Shown here in pieces: positions 36,242 to 48,047 of a stretch of 64,000 nt of DNA (position 1 is its first letter; every line of letters starts with the position of its first letter). Made by a program: the position numbers and the translations under genes. Source of the DNA: Candidatus Eiseniibacteriota bacterium. GTDB taxonomy: Bacteria; Eisenbacteria; RBG-16-71-46. Where the stretch lies: positions 32,001 to 96,000 of the forward strand of contig JBGAML010000005.1 of assembly GCA_044223005.1 (NCBI GenBank), in the 5' to 3' direction. The notes below the pieces were generated by a model. The model saw only the letters and a program-made list of their open reading frames with translations. It was not told the DNA's origin and did no database searches.

Positions 36242-37627
36242 TCAGGCCGGCACCACGTTCCAGTTGGTCCGGAAGAGGTTCTCCGGATCGTACTGGCGCT
36301 TCACCCGTGCGAGACGGTCGTAGTTGACGCCGTAGGCGGAGTGCACGCGAGCACCTTCTTCCTCGGTGAGGAAGTTCACGTACACACCCGCGCTCGCGAA
36401 CGGCGCCGAGGCGGCGAAGAACTCGCGGGCCCACTTCACGCCCGGGGCGTCCTCCGCCGGCGTCTCCCAGCGGCCGTGAACGTTCATCACGTAGCGTGCG
36501 TCCCGGTGCGGATAGGCGGTCGCATCCACCGCCGGACGCGCCGTCGCTCCGCCGACCGCGCCGAAGAAGATCTCGCACGCACCGGAGGGCACGCGGGCCA
36601 CGCTGTCGATCACGGCGTCGAGGAGCCCGTCCTCGAGCTTCGCGAGGTTGTGCGACTTCCAGTAGTTGCGCGCGCCGTGCGTGAGCAGGGGGTCGAACGT
36701 CTGCTGCCACGCGACGTACGGCTGCACGCCGATGAACTCGCCCGCGGCCGCGCCGAAGTGCCGCAGCGGCTCGACGAGGCGGCGCCCCTGCTCGGGATCT
36801 CCGAAGTAGGCGAACGCGAGCACGACGATCCCCGTGCCGTGCACGGCGGGGGGCAGGAACGGCAGCGGTGGCGCCTGCCGCAGAACGGACCACACGTTGA
36901 GCTCCTCCGGCGCCGATGTCATGAACTCCCGGTATCGCTGCAGGACGCCCTTCGCCTCGGCGAGCGGGTACGCGATCAGCCCGCTCAGCACCTCGGGACC
37001 GACCCGGTGCAGCTGGAACTCGAATCGCGTGACCACGCCGAAATTGCCGCCGCCGCCGCGCAGGGCCCAGAAGAGGTCGGCGTGCTGCTCGGCGCTCGCC
37101 TCGAGCACGTCGCCCGACGCCGTGACGACCTCGGCCGCGACCAGGTTGTCCACCGTCATTCCGTACTTGCGACTCAGCCAGCCGAAACCACCGCCCAGCG
37201 TCAGTCCGCCGACCCCAGTGGTCGAGTTGATCCCGAGCGGAGTCGCCAGTCCGTGCGCCTGCGTCGCGGCGTCGACGTCGGAGAGCAGCGCCCCGCCCTC
37301 GACGCGGGCGCGCCGCTTCGCCGCGTCGACCGTCACCGCGCGCATGTGCGAGAGGTCCACGACCAGGCCGCCGTCGCACGAACCGCTGCCGGCGATGTTG
37401 TGCCCGCCACCGCGCACGGCGAGGACGAGCCCCATCACGCGCGCGAACCGCACGGCCTGCACCACGTCGCTCGTGGCGGCGCAGCGCACGATCAGCGCCG
37501 GGCGCTTGTCGATCATGGCGTTCCACAGCCCGCGGGCGTCGTCGTAGCCGGCGTCGCCGGGCTGCACGACGTCGCCGGTGAGCCCGCGGGCGAACTCGGC
37601 GACGGTATTCGAATCGAGAGTCTTCAT
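36242..37627 (-). CDS. FAD-binding oxidoreductase (VAO/BBE family)
   Basis: WNAMIDKRP, VRGGGHN (covalent-FAD His), GLTLGGGFG, LFWALRGGGGNFG, YVNF, KRQYDPENLF. Confidence 0.93.
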   Translation of the reverse strand: MKTLDSNTVAEFARGLTGDVVQPGDAGYDDARGLWNAMIDKRPALIVRCAATSDVVQAVRFARVMGLVLAVRGGGHNIAGSGSCDGGLVVDLSHMRAVTVDAAKRRARVEGGALLSDVDAATQAHGLATPLGINSTTGVGGLTLGGGFGWLSRKYGMTVDNLVAAEVVTASGDVLEASAEQHADLFWALRGGGGNFGVVTRFEFQLHRVGPEVLSGLIAYPLAEAKGVLQRYREFMTSAPEELNVWSVLRQAPPLPFLPPAVHGTGIVVLAFAYFGDPEQGRRLVEPLRHFGAAAGEFIGVQPYVAWQQTFDPLLTHGARNYWKSHNLAKLEDGLLDAVIDSVARVPSGACEIFFGAVGGATARPAVDATAYPHRDARYVMNVHGRWETPAEDAPGVKWAREFFAASAPFASAGVYVNFLTEEEGARVHSAYGVNYDRLARVKRQYDPENLFRTNWNVVPA

Positions 37628-37679
37628 GGTGTCTCCCTGGAGGATGGAAGGGACATGGCGCGGCCCATCGGGAGATGCG

Positions 37680-38507
37680 TCAGCGTCGCCGCATCACGAT
37701 CTGGAGGTAGTCGGCGGGAACGGCGAGCCCGGGACCGCCGCCGCGATCCCATTTCGAGAGCAGTTCCACGAGCGCGGCGCGAAGCGCCTGCCGCCGATGG
37801 CGGCTGGAGGACGCGAAGGCCGCTCGCAGCTGGCCGCACTCGCGCCGGCGGTGGGCGATCCAGTGCTCCGCGGACCGGTGGCGATGGACCGCCGTGCGGC
37901 GCTCGATCCGCATCGAGCGCGCGTGCTCGCCGAAGAGTCCCACCAGGCCGTCACGCGTTCCCCACGCGCCGGGATCCGCAAGTCCCGGAAGTCGCGGGTG
38001 GACGCCGTCGAGCAGTCGCTGGAGTTCGCCGGTGAAGCCGTCCGGAGTCCATGCCGCGAGACCGATGCGGCCTCCCGGTCGCACGACCCGCACCAGTTCG
38101 GCGGCCGCGCGCGAGGGCTGCGCCGCGAGCGCGACCCCGAAGGTCGAGAGTGCCACGTCGAAGCTCGCCGCGGTGAACGGGAGGGAATCGGGCTCCGCGA
38201 GGCGCGTGAGCACGAACAGGCCCTCGGACTCCGCGCGGCGCCCGGTGTGCTCGAGGGCTTCGAGCCCCGCGGCGGCCGCCGTCACGTCGGCGAAACGCCG
38301 GGCGGCGGCGAGCGCCGCGTCGCCCGCCGCCGTCGCCACGTCGAGCACGTGATCGCTGGACCGGACGTCGGCGGCCTCGCACAGCGCCTCCGCCGCGAGG
38401 GGCAGCGAGAGCCCGCCCCGAGCGGGCCGGCGAGGGGCCCACGTCGCGGTCTCGCGAACACGAAGCGGGTGAACGTCGAAACGAGTGCTGCGGGTCTGCG
38501 TGCGCAT
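37680..38507 (-). CDS. Divergent paralog of the 20208 methyltransferase with degenerate SAM motif
   Basis: Colinear with 20208..21053 (LCEA, VLDV, LAAARRFADV, STFGV, RPGGRIGLAAWTP) but motif I reads DVATAAGD. Confidence 0.75.
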   Translation of the reverse strand: MRTQTRSTRFDVHPLRVRETATWAPRRPARGGLSLPLAAEALCEAADVRSSDHVLDVATAAGDAALAAARRFADVTAAAAGLEALEHTGRRAESEGLFVLTRLAEPDSLPFTAASFDVALSTFGVALAAQPSRAAAELVRVVRPGGRIGLAAWTPDGFTGELQRLLDGVHPRLPGLADPGAWGTRDGLVGLFGEHARSMRIERRTAVHRHRSAEHWIAHRRRECGQLRAAFASSSRHRRQALRAALVELLSKWDRGGGPGLAVPADYLQIVMRRR

Positions 38508-38528
38508 CAGGCTCTCCGGCGTCCGGGT

Positions 38529-38615
38529 GTGGGCCCATCCCACGTGCGCCACCTTGCCCGAACGGCCACGCTGCGCGCCTTGCTTCGCGTCGCGAAGATG
38601 TTGCCGATCGTCCGG
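38529..38615 (-). promoter_or_regulatory. Second copy of the AraC-type operator/leader
   Basis: Minus strand: CCGGACGATCGGCAACATCTTCGCGACGCGAAGCAAG...GTGGGATGGGCCCAC; boxes 21 bp apart. Confidence 0.7.
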
Positions 38616-38807
38616 ACGGTTCGCGTCCACGAGTGCGAACGCGAGCCCACCTGCGATAGGCGCAGGTTTCGCTTCGGCGAATCGCCGCGCGTTGCTAGCC
38701 TGCCCGCGCCCGCCCCGAGCGGGCCGACCGGCGTGGCCGCCGCGGCCGCAGGCCTGCACGCGTCACGCGAGACCGACTCGATGCACGACCTTGTTGGGAG
38801 GTACGGC

Positions 38808-39770
38808 ATGAAGAGAGTCCTCGCCGGACTCGCGCTCGCGTTCGCGCTGCTGCTCGGCGGCTTCGCGATCTTCGTCGCGACGAGGCAGCACCTCACGTTC
38901 GACGCACCGTTGCCCGCGATCACCGCGTCGGCCGATTCCGCCGTGGTCGCGCGCGGACGTTACGTCGTGCGCAATCTCGCGAGCTGCGCGGGGTGCCACG
39001 CCGACCCCGAACTCGCGAAGCAGGCGCCCCCCGGCGCCGAGGTGCCGCTGTCGGGCGGGTTCACGTTTGCGATCCCGCCGGGAAAGTTCCGGCCGCGCAA
39101 CATCACGCCGGACTCGGCGACGGGTATCGGCCGCATCACGGATGGCGAGATCGCACGCGCGCTGCGTTACGGCGTCGGTCACGACGGCCGCGCGCTGCTG
39201 CCGTTCATGGAGATGCAGGGGCTCTCCGACGAGGATCTCACCGCCGTCGTCTCGTACCTGCGCTCGCAGCCGCCGGTCCGTCACGAGGTGCCGTGGCACG
39301 AGTACAACCTCCTCGGCCGCATCGTGCGCGCGACCGTGCTCGCGAAACCGGTCGGGCCCCGGGCGACGCCGCTGCACACGAATCCGCGTGGGCCGACCAT
39401 CGAGAACGGCCGCTACCTGGTCGAATGCGTCGCCAACTGCTGGGCATGCCACACGCAGCGGGACTACAACACCGGCGCGCTCGTCGGGGCGCATCTTGCC
39501 GGCGCCTCGGTGCCCGACGACCACGATCCCCACCGCACGTGGGGAGCGCCCAACCTGACGCGTGCCCCACGCACCGGCCGCATGGCGAAGTACACCGAGG
39601 ATGCCTTCGTCGCACGCATGAAGGGCGGCCGCCTGCTGCCGGGCTCGCCGATGCCGTGGGAGGGGTTCCGCGACCTGAACGAGGACGACCTGCGCGCCAT
39701 CTACCGCTACCTGAAGACCGTCCCCGCGGTGGAGCACGATCCCGGGCCGCCGTTCGTCGACAAGTCGTAG
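38808..39770 (+). CDS. Membrane-anchored di-heme cytochrome c
   Basis: GGGAGG RBS; N-terminal TM; CAGCH and CWACH; NITPD..TGIG; MPW..LNEDDLRAIYRYL. Confidence 0.9.
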   Translation: MKRVLAGLALAFALLLGGFAIFVATRQHLTFDAPLPAITASADSAVVARGRYVVRNLASCAGCHADPELAKQAPPGAEVPLSGGFTFAIPPGKFRPRNITPDSATGIGRITDGEIARALRYGVGHDGRALLPFMEMQGLSDEDLTAVVSYLRSQPPVRHEVPWHEYNLLGRIVRATVLAKPVGPRATPLHTNPRGPTIENGRYLVECVANCWACHTQRDYNTGALVGAHLAGASVPDDHDPHRTWGAPNLTRAPRTGRMAKYTEDAFVARMKGGRLLPGSPMPWEGFRDLNEDDLRAIYRYLKTVPAVEHDPGPPFVDKS

Positions 39771-39828
39771 CGGCGACGAGCGGGGTGCAGGCCGGCGGCG
39801 AGCGCGCGCGGGCGGCTCGCCGTCCCGC

Positions 39829-41620
<1,792 letters not shown>

Positions 41621-41702
41621 GCGGGCGCGTCACGCACGGCCGAGGGCCGGTGGGCGAACGCCGGCCGGCCCTCGTTCCATCGATGCGCGCGGCACTCGCG
41701 CC

Positions 41703-42017
41703 TCACATCGTCGCGGCCTTCTGCACGTCCTCGGGGAAGTCGGACATCTCCGGAATGCGCCGCACTTCGATGATGTCACCTTCGAGCATGGGCGCACGGC
41801 GCGCCCATTCGACCGCCTCCTGCTGCGACTTCGCCTGGATCAGCCAGAAGCCGCCCACCATTTCCCTCGCCTCCGCGAACGGCCCGTCGACCGCCCGCGG
41901 CCCGTTCTTCTCGAAACGCACGCGCGTCGCTTTCGCGGGCGGCTCGAGCCCGTCGAGCCCCATGAGAACGCCCGCCTGCTGCAGCGACTGGTTGAAGCGC
42001 GTCCTCTTCTCGATCAG
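41703..42017 (-). pseudogene. 5'-truncated YciI/DGPF-family gene
   Basis: LIEKRTRFNQSLQQAGVL..GLEP..DGPFAEAREMVGGFW..EAVEWARR..IEVR. The family N-terminal strand and start are absent, and similarity begins at the upstream gene's stop. Confidence 0.65.
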
Positions 42018-43165
42018 GGACGCCAGGCCACGCTGCGGACCGCGCGGCCCGCGGGCGTCACGAGCTTCACCCAGTACAGCCCGGGCGCGACGACTTCGCC
42101 ACGGTCGCCCCGGCCATTCCACTCGACGCGATGCCAGCCGGCGCGCTGGACGCCGGACACGAGCGTCGCGATCCGCGCCCCGGCGACGTCGAACACGCCG
42201 AGCCGCACGTCGCCGTCTGCCGGCAGCGCGAACTCGAGAGTCGTCCCGGTGCGCGCGGGATTGGGCGCAGGGGAGCGGAGCATCACGCCATCCGCCGACC
42301 CGAGTGGCCGCGCGTCCAGCAGCGGATAGGCGGGCGGCAGCAGGCTCGCGAGATGGGTCTCCGTGCAGTTGCTCGCGGGGCTCAGCTCGGCGTTGTCCGT
42401 CAGCGCGAGCAGTTGGACCGGCGACATCGACGAGTAGCCGAGCACGACGGCCATCTCGAGGCCGCCCCCGACACCGTGCTGGAACGACTGCGCTCCCGTC
42501 GCGCCGGTCATCGTGGCCGACACCGTGACGAGGCCGCCAACCGGCACGGCGAGCAGGTCGAGGGACTGTGGCACGCCTCCGGTCGCGAGGAGACCGGTCT
42601 CGGTGACCTGATGGCCGTCGAAGCAGTTCCAGCGCTCGGAGTAGTTGCCGTGCAACTGGGCCGAGGGCCCGCCGTTGGCGAGAAACGCCACGTCGAGGCC
42701 GGCGACGCTCGTGACACCATCGTTGATCAGGTTCGCGCACGTGAACCCGATGGAGTGATGCAGTGCCGCGCGCACGCAGAGCGACAGGTCGACCGGCGTT
42801 CCGGCCGGCAGCGTGGACGAGACGACGGAGTAGGTCTCCGAGAAGGCGGAGTTCCCCGACGCGTAGCTGTTCGCGATGCAGGGGAGCGACCCGGCGCCCG
42901 AGGCGTTCAGCGCCAGCGCGAGCCCGCCCGTCGAGACGCTGAGCCACGACTGCCCGGTTCCGGTCGAACAGCCCCCGACGGTTGAGACGGTTCCCGTGGT
43001 GCTTTCGGGGCCGGGAATCAGGACGTTGTTCGAGACACCACCGTTGGCCTGTGAGTTGGCGTTCCCGCTCCAGCTCAACGCTCGAACCGGTGCCGGAGTG
43101 AAGGACGCGAGTGCGGCCGCGAGCGCAACTGCGGACGCGATCGGATGGAGGGATCGTGAGCGCAT
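42014..43165 (-). CDS. Secreted Ser/Gly/Cys-rich protein with FlgD-Ig/T9SS-like tail
   Basis: GGAGAG RBS; signal peptide; tail PAPNP..FDVAGARI..WNGRG..GLYWVKL. Confidence 0.8.
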   Translation of the reverse strand: MRSRSLHPIASAVALAAALASFTPAPVRALSWSGNANSQANGGVSNNVLIPGPESTTGTVSTVGGCSTGTGQSWLSVSTGGLALALNASGAGSLPCIANSYASGNSAFSETYSVVSSTLPAGTPVDLSLCVRAALHHSIGFTCANLINDGVTSVAGLDVAFLANGGPSAQLHGNYSERWNCFDGHQVTETGLLATGGVPQSLDLLAVPVGGLVTVSATMTGATGAQSFQHGVGGGLEMAVVLGYSSMSPVQLLALTDNAELSPASNCTETHLASLLPPAYPLLDARPLGSADGVMLRSPAPNPARTGTTLEFALPADGDVRLGVFDVAGARIATLVSGVQRAGWHRVEWNGRGDRGEVVAPGLYWVKLVTPAGRAVRSVAWRP

Positions 43166-43421
43166 GGGACTCTCCGAAGGGGTGTTGGCCAAAGTCCGGC
43201 TCGAATCCTAGCCCGGGCGGAAGCGCCAGCGCCACGGTGGTTTCGTCGCCGTGAGCGCACGGGCGAGTTGTGGCAATGCGTCCTCCCACAGCGCGTTACG
43301 CCACGTCGTTCGCTTATCACCCGAAGCTTGTGATTCCTGGGCCGTGATCCGGTTCCAACGATTGCCGAGCCGCCTTACGTCGCTTCATCGGGCCAACCAT
43401 CCTGACCGCACGGGAGAATCC

Positions 43422-44441
43422 ATGTCCACAGCCCGCCGCATCGCCCTGCCGTTGCTCGCCCTGGCCCTCGCGGCGGCGCCCGCCGACGCCTCGCTCCGGG
43501 CCTATTGGAACTTCGATGGCTGTACCCTGACGGATGGTGTGGCGACCCGGAACCTCAGCATGCACGGCAGCCCCGCCTGCGTCACGGGCGTCCTCGGAAA
43601 TGCGTGGTCGCTCGACGGCATCTCCCAATACCTCGATCGCGCCAACGAAACGTACTTCGCGCCCGGCTCGGCCGCGTTCTCCGTCGCCGCCTGGGCGAAG
43701 CGCTCGAACCCCGCCGACACGACGGGCGCGATCGTCTCGTGGTACCGCTGCGGGGCCAACCCAAGCTGCGGCACCATCGACTCGGGACTGTGGGCGCTGT
43801 GGGACCTGTCGGGCCACGCCGCATGGGACCTGCGGGACGACGCGGTGACCGCGCTCACGCTCCGGGATTCGACCGTGAACATCGGCGACGGCCAGTGGCA
43901 CCTGTTGGTGGGCACGCTGAATGCCTCGCACACCCTGTCGGCTCTCTATGTGGACGGGACGCTTCGAAAGAGCAAGGCGATCGCGATGACGTCGATCAGT
44001 GGCTCGCCGCCGCTCGAGATCGGCCGCTGGTTCCGGACCGGGTGGGGCACGCCCGACTCCTACTATGCCGGCGCCATCGACGAGGTCCGCATCTACGACG
44101 AGGAGCTGACCCCCGCGGCCGTCGCCGCGCTCTACGCGGCGCGCGCCGGCGTCGCCCCGGGCACCTCTGGCGCGTCGCTCACGCTCGACCGCATCGCGCC
44201 CAACCCGGTCCGCGCGTCCAGCGTCCGCGTCGAGTTCTCGCTCGTCGCGGACGCCCCCGCGCAGGTGGAGCTGCTGGACCTGCTGGGCCGTCGCGTGGCG
44301 ACGGAGCGCGTCGCGAATCCGACGGCGGGCCGCCACACCGTGACCTTCGACGGCCACGGTGCGTTCCCGCCGGGCGTCTACCTCGTGCGCGTGAGCCAGG
44401 GCGCGGCGACGACGAGCCGGCGCGTCACGCTGCTCCGCTGA
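43422..44441 (+). CDS. Secreted LamG-like jellyroll protein with C-terminal sorting-type domain
   Basis: AYWNFD, FSVAAW, DGQWHLLVGT, LYVDG, GAIDEVRIY; tail APNP..LDLLGRRV..GVYLVRV. Confidence 0.88.
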   Translation: MSTARRIALPLLALALAAAPADASLRAYWNFDGCTLTDGVATRNLSMHGSPACVTGVLGNAWSLDGISQYLDRANETYFAPGSAAFSVAAWAKRSNPADTTGAIVSWYRCGANPSCGTIDSGLWALWDLSGHAAWDLRDDAVTALTLRDSTVNIGDGQWHLLVGTLNASHTLSALYVDGTLRKSKAIAMTSISGSPPLEIGRWFRTGWGTPDSYYAGAIDEVRIYDEELTPAAVAALYAARAGVAPGTSGASLTLDRIAPNPVRASSVRVEFSLVADAPAQVELLDLLGRRVATERVANPTAGRHTVTFDGHGAFPPGVYLVRVSQGAATTSRRVTLLR

Positions 44442-44474
44442 GTTCGCCGCGACGGGCGAGCCGGTGCCGCGCCG

Positions 44475-46208
44475 CTAGGGTGCGGGCACCGGTTCGCCGA
44501 GGAGCTTGGCGCGGATCAGCGCGACCGGGATCATCCCTTCGGCCAGCACGGCGTCGTTGAACGCACGCTCGCTGTAAGCCGCTCCCTGGCGGCGGCGCCA
44601 TTCCTCTCGCAGCGCCATCAGCTGCTCCTTGCCACAGAAGTAGGCGATCAGCTGCGCCGGCCAGTGGATCGAGCGCATGACGTCCTCGTCGACCACGGCC
44701 TTGCCCGGAGCGGTGTTGCGCTTCCAGTCCGCGCCCTGCTGGAGCGTCCAGTCGCCCCGCTCGATGTTCGCGTCGTAGATCACGCGGCGGATGCGGAAAC
44801 GCCACGAATCGAGCGTGCGGTAGGAAGTGATCGGCGAATCGCCGAGTCCGCCGGCGCGCCAGAACGCCTCCTCCGCGTACATTGCCCAGCCTTCGACGAG
44901 ATCGTTGTCCTGCAGCAGCCAGCGCAGCGGGTTCGGGTTCAGCCGGTTGATCGACAGCTGCAGGTGGTGCCCCGGGACGCCTTCGTGCACGGCGTAGGGC
45001 CCCATCCACGACGTGCGGAAGCCCTGCGTGGCGGCGATGCGCTGCGCTCTCTGCTCGAGCGTCCACGTGCTGTCCATGTGCTCGACGTTCCACCAGCCCA
45101 CGTTGGAGCTGCCGATCGGCGGCGGCGGGTTCATGCTGCCCCCGTCGCCGGTGAGCGGGATCATCGCCTGCGGCGTCGGCCGCGCGTGGATCGGCCCCAT
45201 GGACTTCGGCAGGGTGACGAGAGGGAAGGTGTCGAGGAATGCGCGCTCCGTCGCCGCCACGTCGTCGTAGAGCGCGAGGAGCTTGCGCTGGTCGAGCGCG
45301 GCCGCGAGCGCCCGCTGCGCCTCGGTCGGTGCCGGGGCCGCCGGAATCGGTGCGTCCGGGCTCACGCGCGCCTTGATCACCGCCTGAGCGGATTCGGTCG
45401 CCGCGAGCTCGGAGTACGCGAGCGCGAGCAGCTGATCGCCGTCCCACGGCAGCAGCAGCGCGCGGCGCAGGCGTTCCTCGTAGGCCGCGCGCCCGATCAC
45501 CCGGTACTCCGGCAATCCCGTGCGCGCCTGCAGATCGGCGATGTAGCCGGTGAGCGAGGCGATCGCGGCGTCGCGCGCGGCGCTCGCGGGCTGCTGGCGC
45601 AGCGAGGCCAGGATGCCGTCGGCGACGCCCTTCGCGGTCGCCACGTCCCGTACGGTCGGCTCGGTCGCCACGTGGCGCATCTCCGCCACCATCGCCGGGA
45701 TCCGCGTCGCGAGGCGCGGCGGCAGGTCGGTGCGGGCAGGGCCGTAGGTGTAGAGATTGATGAACGTGTTCGCGAGAGGTTCGAGCCAGGCCGCCGGACG
45801 GTGCACCCAGAGCCGCTCCGAACCGAGTTGCAGCTTGGCGTCCTCGAGGCTCACCACCATCCAGCGCCAATCGACCTGGCGGTCCACGTCCCACGATCGC
45901 CACGGCATCGCCCGCAGCCGGGCGAGGTCGCGATCCACGCGGGCGAGCCGGGCCGCCACGGTGTCGGGTGCGAACGACGGCACTCGACACGCGTCGTCGA
46001 AGAGTCCGTCCTGCGCCGCGATGCTGGGATCCATCGCGAATCGCAGCGCGACGACGTCGCGCGCGACGGTCACGAACTCCGGTGTGCCCGGAAGCTGGAG
46101 CATGGCGAGCGTGACGGGCCGGGAGGGAGCCGAATCGGCAACACGAACCAGAGCGAGCACGGCGGCCAGCGCGAGCGCGGCGCGGAGCGATACCCAGCGT
46201 CGATTCAT
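44475..46208 (-). CDS. DUF885 family exported protein
   Basis: Signal peptide; VHEGVPGHHLQ, EGWAMYAE, PAQLIAY..G, FNDAVL..G.IP. Confidence 0.85.
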   Translation of the reverse strand: MNRRWVSLRAALALAAVLALVRVADSAPSRPVTLAMLQLPGTPEFVTVARDVVALRFAMDPSIAAQDGLFDDACRVPSFAPDTVAARLARVDRDLARLRAMPWRSWDVDRQVDWRWMVVSLEDAKLQLGSERLWVHRPAAWLEPLANTFINLYTYGPARTDLPPRLATRIPAMVAEMRHVATEPTVRDVATAKGVADGILASLRQQPASAARDAAIASLTGYIADLQARTGLPEYRVIGRAAYEERLRRALLLPWDGDQLLALAYSELAATESAQAVIKARVSPDAPIPAAPAPTEAQRALAAALDQRKLLALYDDVAATERAFLDTFPLVTLPKSMGPIHARPTPQAMIPLTGDGGSMNPPPPIGSSNVGWWNVEHMDSTWTLEQRAQRIAATQGFRTSWMGPYAVHEGVPGHHLQLSINRLNPNPLRWLLQDNDLVEGWAMYAEEAFWRAGGLGDSPITSYRTLDSWRFRIRRVIYDANIERGDWTLQQGADWKRNTAPGKAVVDEDVMRSIHWPAQLIAYFCGKEQLMALREEWRRRQGAAYSERAFNDAVLAEGMIPVALIRAKLLGEPVPAP

Positions 46209-46407
46209 GCGTTGCACTCTAGCGCCCGCGTCAAGGGTGCGGCGACGCGAACCGACGGGCGGCGTCGGCCGGCGCACGAATGGGGAAGCGCGCCGGCACC
46301 GATTCCCCGCTGACGCGGCGAACCGCGTCCGCTATATTGCCGCCCCTCTCCATCCCGGCCGGCTCCGCCCGGCCTCGAGTTCCCCACCCCTCAGGAGGCA
46401 TCCCCAC

Positions 46408-47991
46408 ATGCGCCTGCACCGCTTCGCCGTGGCGTTCGCCACGCTCGCCGTCACCGCCACGCTCGCCCACGCGGGCGACCCCGCCTGGTCGGTCAAGCTC
46501 GGCGAGATCCAGTTCCAGAAGGTGTCCTCACTCGGCTCGCTGATCGTCAGCCACTCCAAGGGACTCACCGCGCTCGATCCCGCGACCGGCAAGGTGATCT
46601 GGGAGCGGCCCGACCTCGTGAAGTTCAAGGAGTGCAACTTCGACGAGATCGAGAACACGCCCTACGCGCTGCTCGACGGCAAGCAGTTCGAGGTGATCGA
46701 CCTCGAGACCGGCAAGCCCAAGTGGGACTCCTCGAAGCTCCCGTTCCGGAACTCGCAGGGCCAGTTCCAAGTGGCGCACAAGCGCCTGCTCGTCGTGTTC
46801 GGGACGGTGAAGGCCGGCCAGAAGCCCACGCTCGTCGCGGTCGACACCGAGACCGGGCAGATCAAGTGGCAGCAGGACAAGTTGTTCGACAAGTACCTGC
46901 TGCTCCACGAAGTGAAGGGGAGCGGCAAGGTCTTCAAGCGCATGTCGGTCGCGGCCAACCAGCCGCCGGCGTTCCCGGACGAGAACAGCATGGTGCTGTG
47001 GGTCACCGAGGACGGCCCCGTCTGCATCGACCTCGAGACCGGGGCGAAGAAGTGGACGTGCGCCGGCCTCAAGGGCAAGACGCCGGCCGCGCTCGCGTAC
47101 GGGTTCTGCCCGATGTTCGCGAAGGACGGCGTGATCTACATCCCGTACGAGAAGAGCCTGCAGGCGATCGACGCCGCGACCGGGGCGCTCCTCTGGGCGA
47201 AGGAGAAGGACTTCCGCGGCCGCCCGGTGCAGATTGCGATGGCCTCCGCGGGCGTCGTCGTGCGTGGCGCTCCGTTCGTGAAGGAAGACGGCAAGCCGGC
47301 CGGCAAGCCGTTCATCGATTGCCTGAACCCGAAGACGGGCGAGTCCGTGTGGCCGAAGCCCTTCAAGGATCTCGAGGACGCCACCTCGTTCGACATGAAG
47401 GGTGACCACCTCTACATCTGCGCCGACGGCGAGATGCACCAGGTCGCGCTCACCAACGGCACGGACCAGATCCTCGCGCGCTTCAAGTTCAAGGAGCACG
47501 AGGTGCCGAGCGATCTCGAACTGCTCGAGGACGGCAGCATGCTGCTCACTTCGAGCCAGACGATCCTGCGCCTCGATGCGAGCGGCAAGGAAACCGCGCG
47601 GGCGTACTTCGAGGCACCGAGCACGAGCGGCTGGGCCAAGCTCGGGGCAGGCCTGCTCACCGCCGCGGTGAACGCGGCCGCGGCGGGGTCGGCGTACGAT
47701 CGTGCGCAGCGCACGGGAATGGACCAGACCTACTACCTCTCGTCGAACCCGCTCCTCGGGAAGCGCTTCCGCGCCTCGACCCAGTCCGCCACGTCGCTTT
47801 ACGTGCTCACGATGGTGCCCGGCAGCGACGGTCACAAGGTCTCGGGCATCGCGCGCGTCGAGCGGCTGACCGGCAAGGTGCTCTCGACCGCCGCGCTCAA
47901 CGAGAAGACGCCCGTGTACGAAGTCGACGAGGTGGAGAACATGCTCTACTTCATCGAGAACGACGACATCGTCGAGGCGTACCGGATGTAG
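46408..47991 (+). CDS. Exported PQQ-like (BamB-type) beta-propeller protein
   Basis: AGGAGG RBS; signal peptide ending AHA; repeated D-x2-TG-x3-W blades. Confidence 0.85.
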   Translation: MRLHRFAVAFATLAVTATLAHAGDPAWSVKLGEIQFQKVSSLGSLIVSHSKGLTALDPATGKVIWERPDLVKFKECNFDEIENTPYALLDGKQFEVIDLETGKPKWDSSKLPFRNSQGQFQVAHKRLLVVFGTVKAGQKPTLVAVDTETGQIKWQQDKLFDKYLLLHEVKGSGKVFKRMSVAANQPPAFPDENSMVLWVTEDGPVCIDLETGAKKWTCAGLKGKTPAALAYGFCPMFAKDGVIYIPYEKSLQAIDAATGALLWAKEKDFRGRPVQIAMASAGVVVRGAPFVKEDGKPAGKPFIDCLNPKTGESVWPKPFKDLEDATSFDMKGDHLYICADGEMHQVALTNGTDQILARFKFKEHEVPSDLELLEDGSMLLTSSQTILRLDASGKETARAYFEAPSTSGWAKLGAGLLTAAVNAAAAGSAYDRAQRTGMDQTYYLSSNPLLGKRFRASTQSATSLYVLTMVPGSDGHKVSGIARVERLTGKVLSTAALNEKTPVYEVDEVENMLYFIENDDIVEAYRM

Positions 47992-48012
47992 GCTCGGTGG
48001 CGACCGCGACGA

Positions 48013-48047
48013 ACGGCCCCGCCACGAACGATTCGTGGCGGGGCCGT
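48013..48047 (+). terminator. Perfect 16-bp hairpin
   Basis: ACGGCCCCGCCACGAA-CGA-TTCGTGGCGGGGCCGT. Confidence 0.7.
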
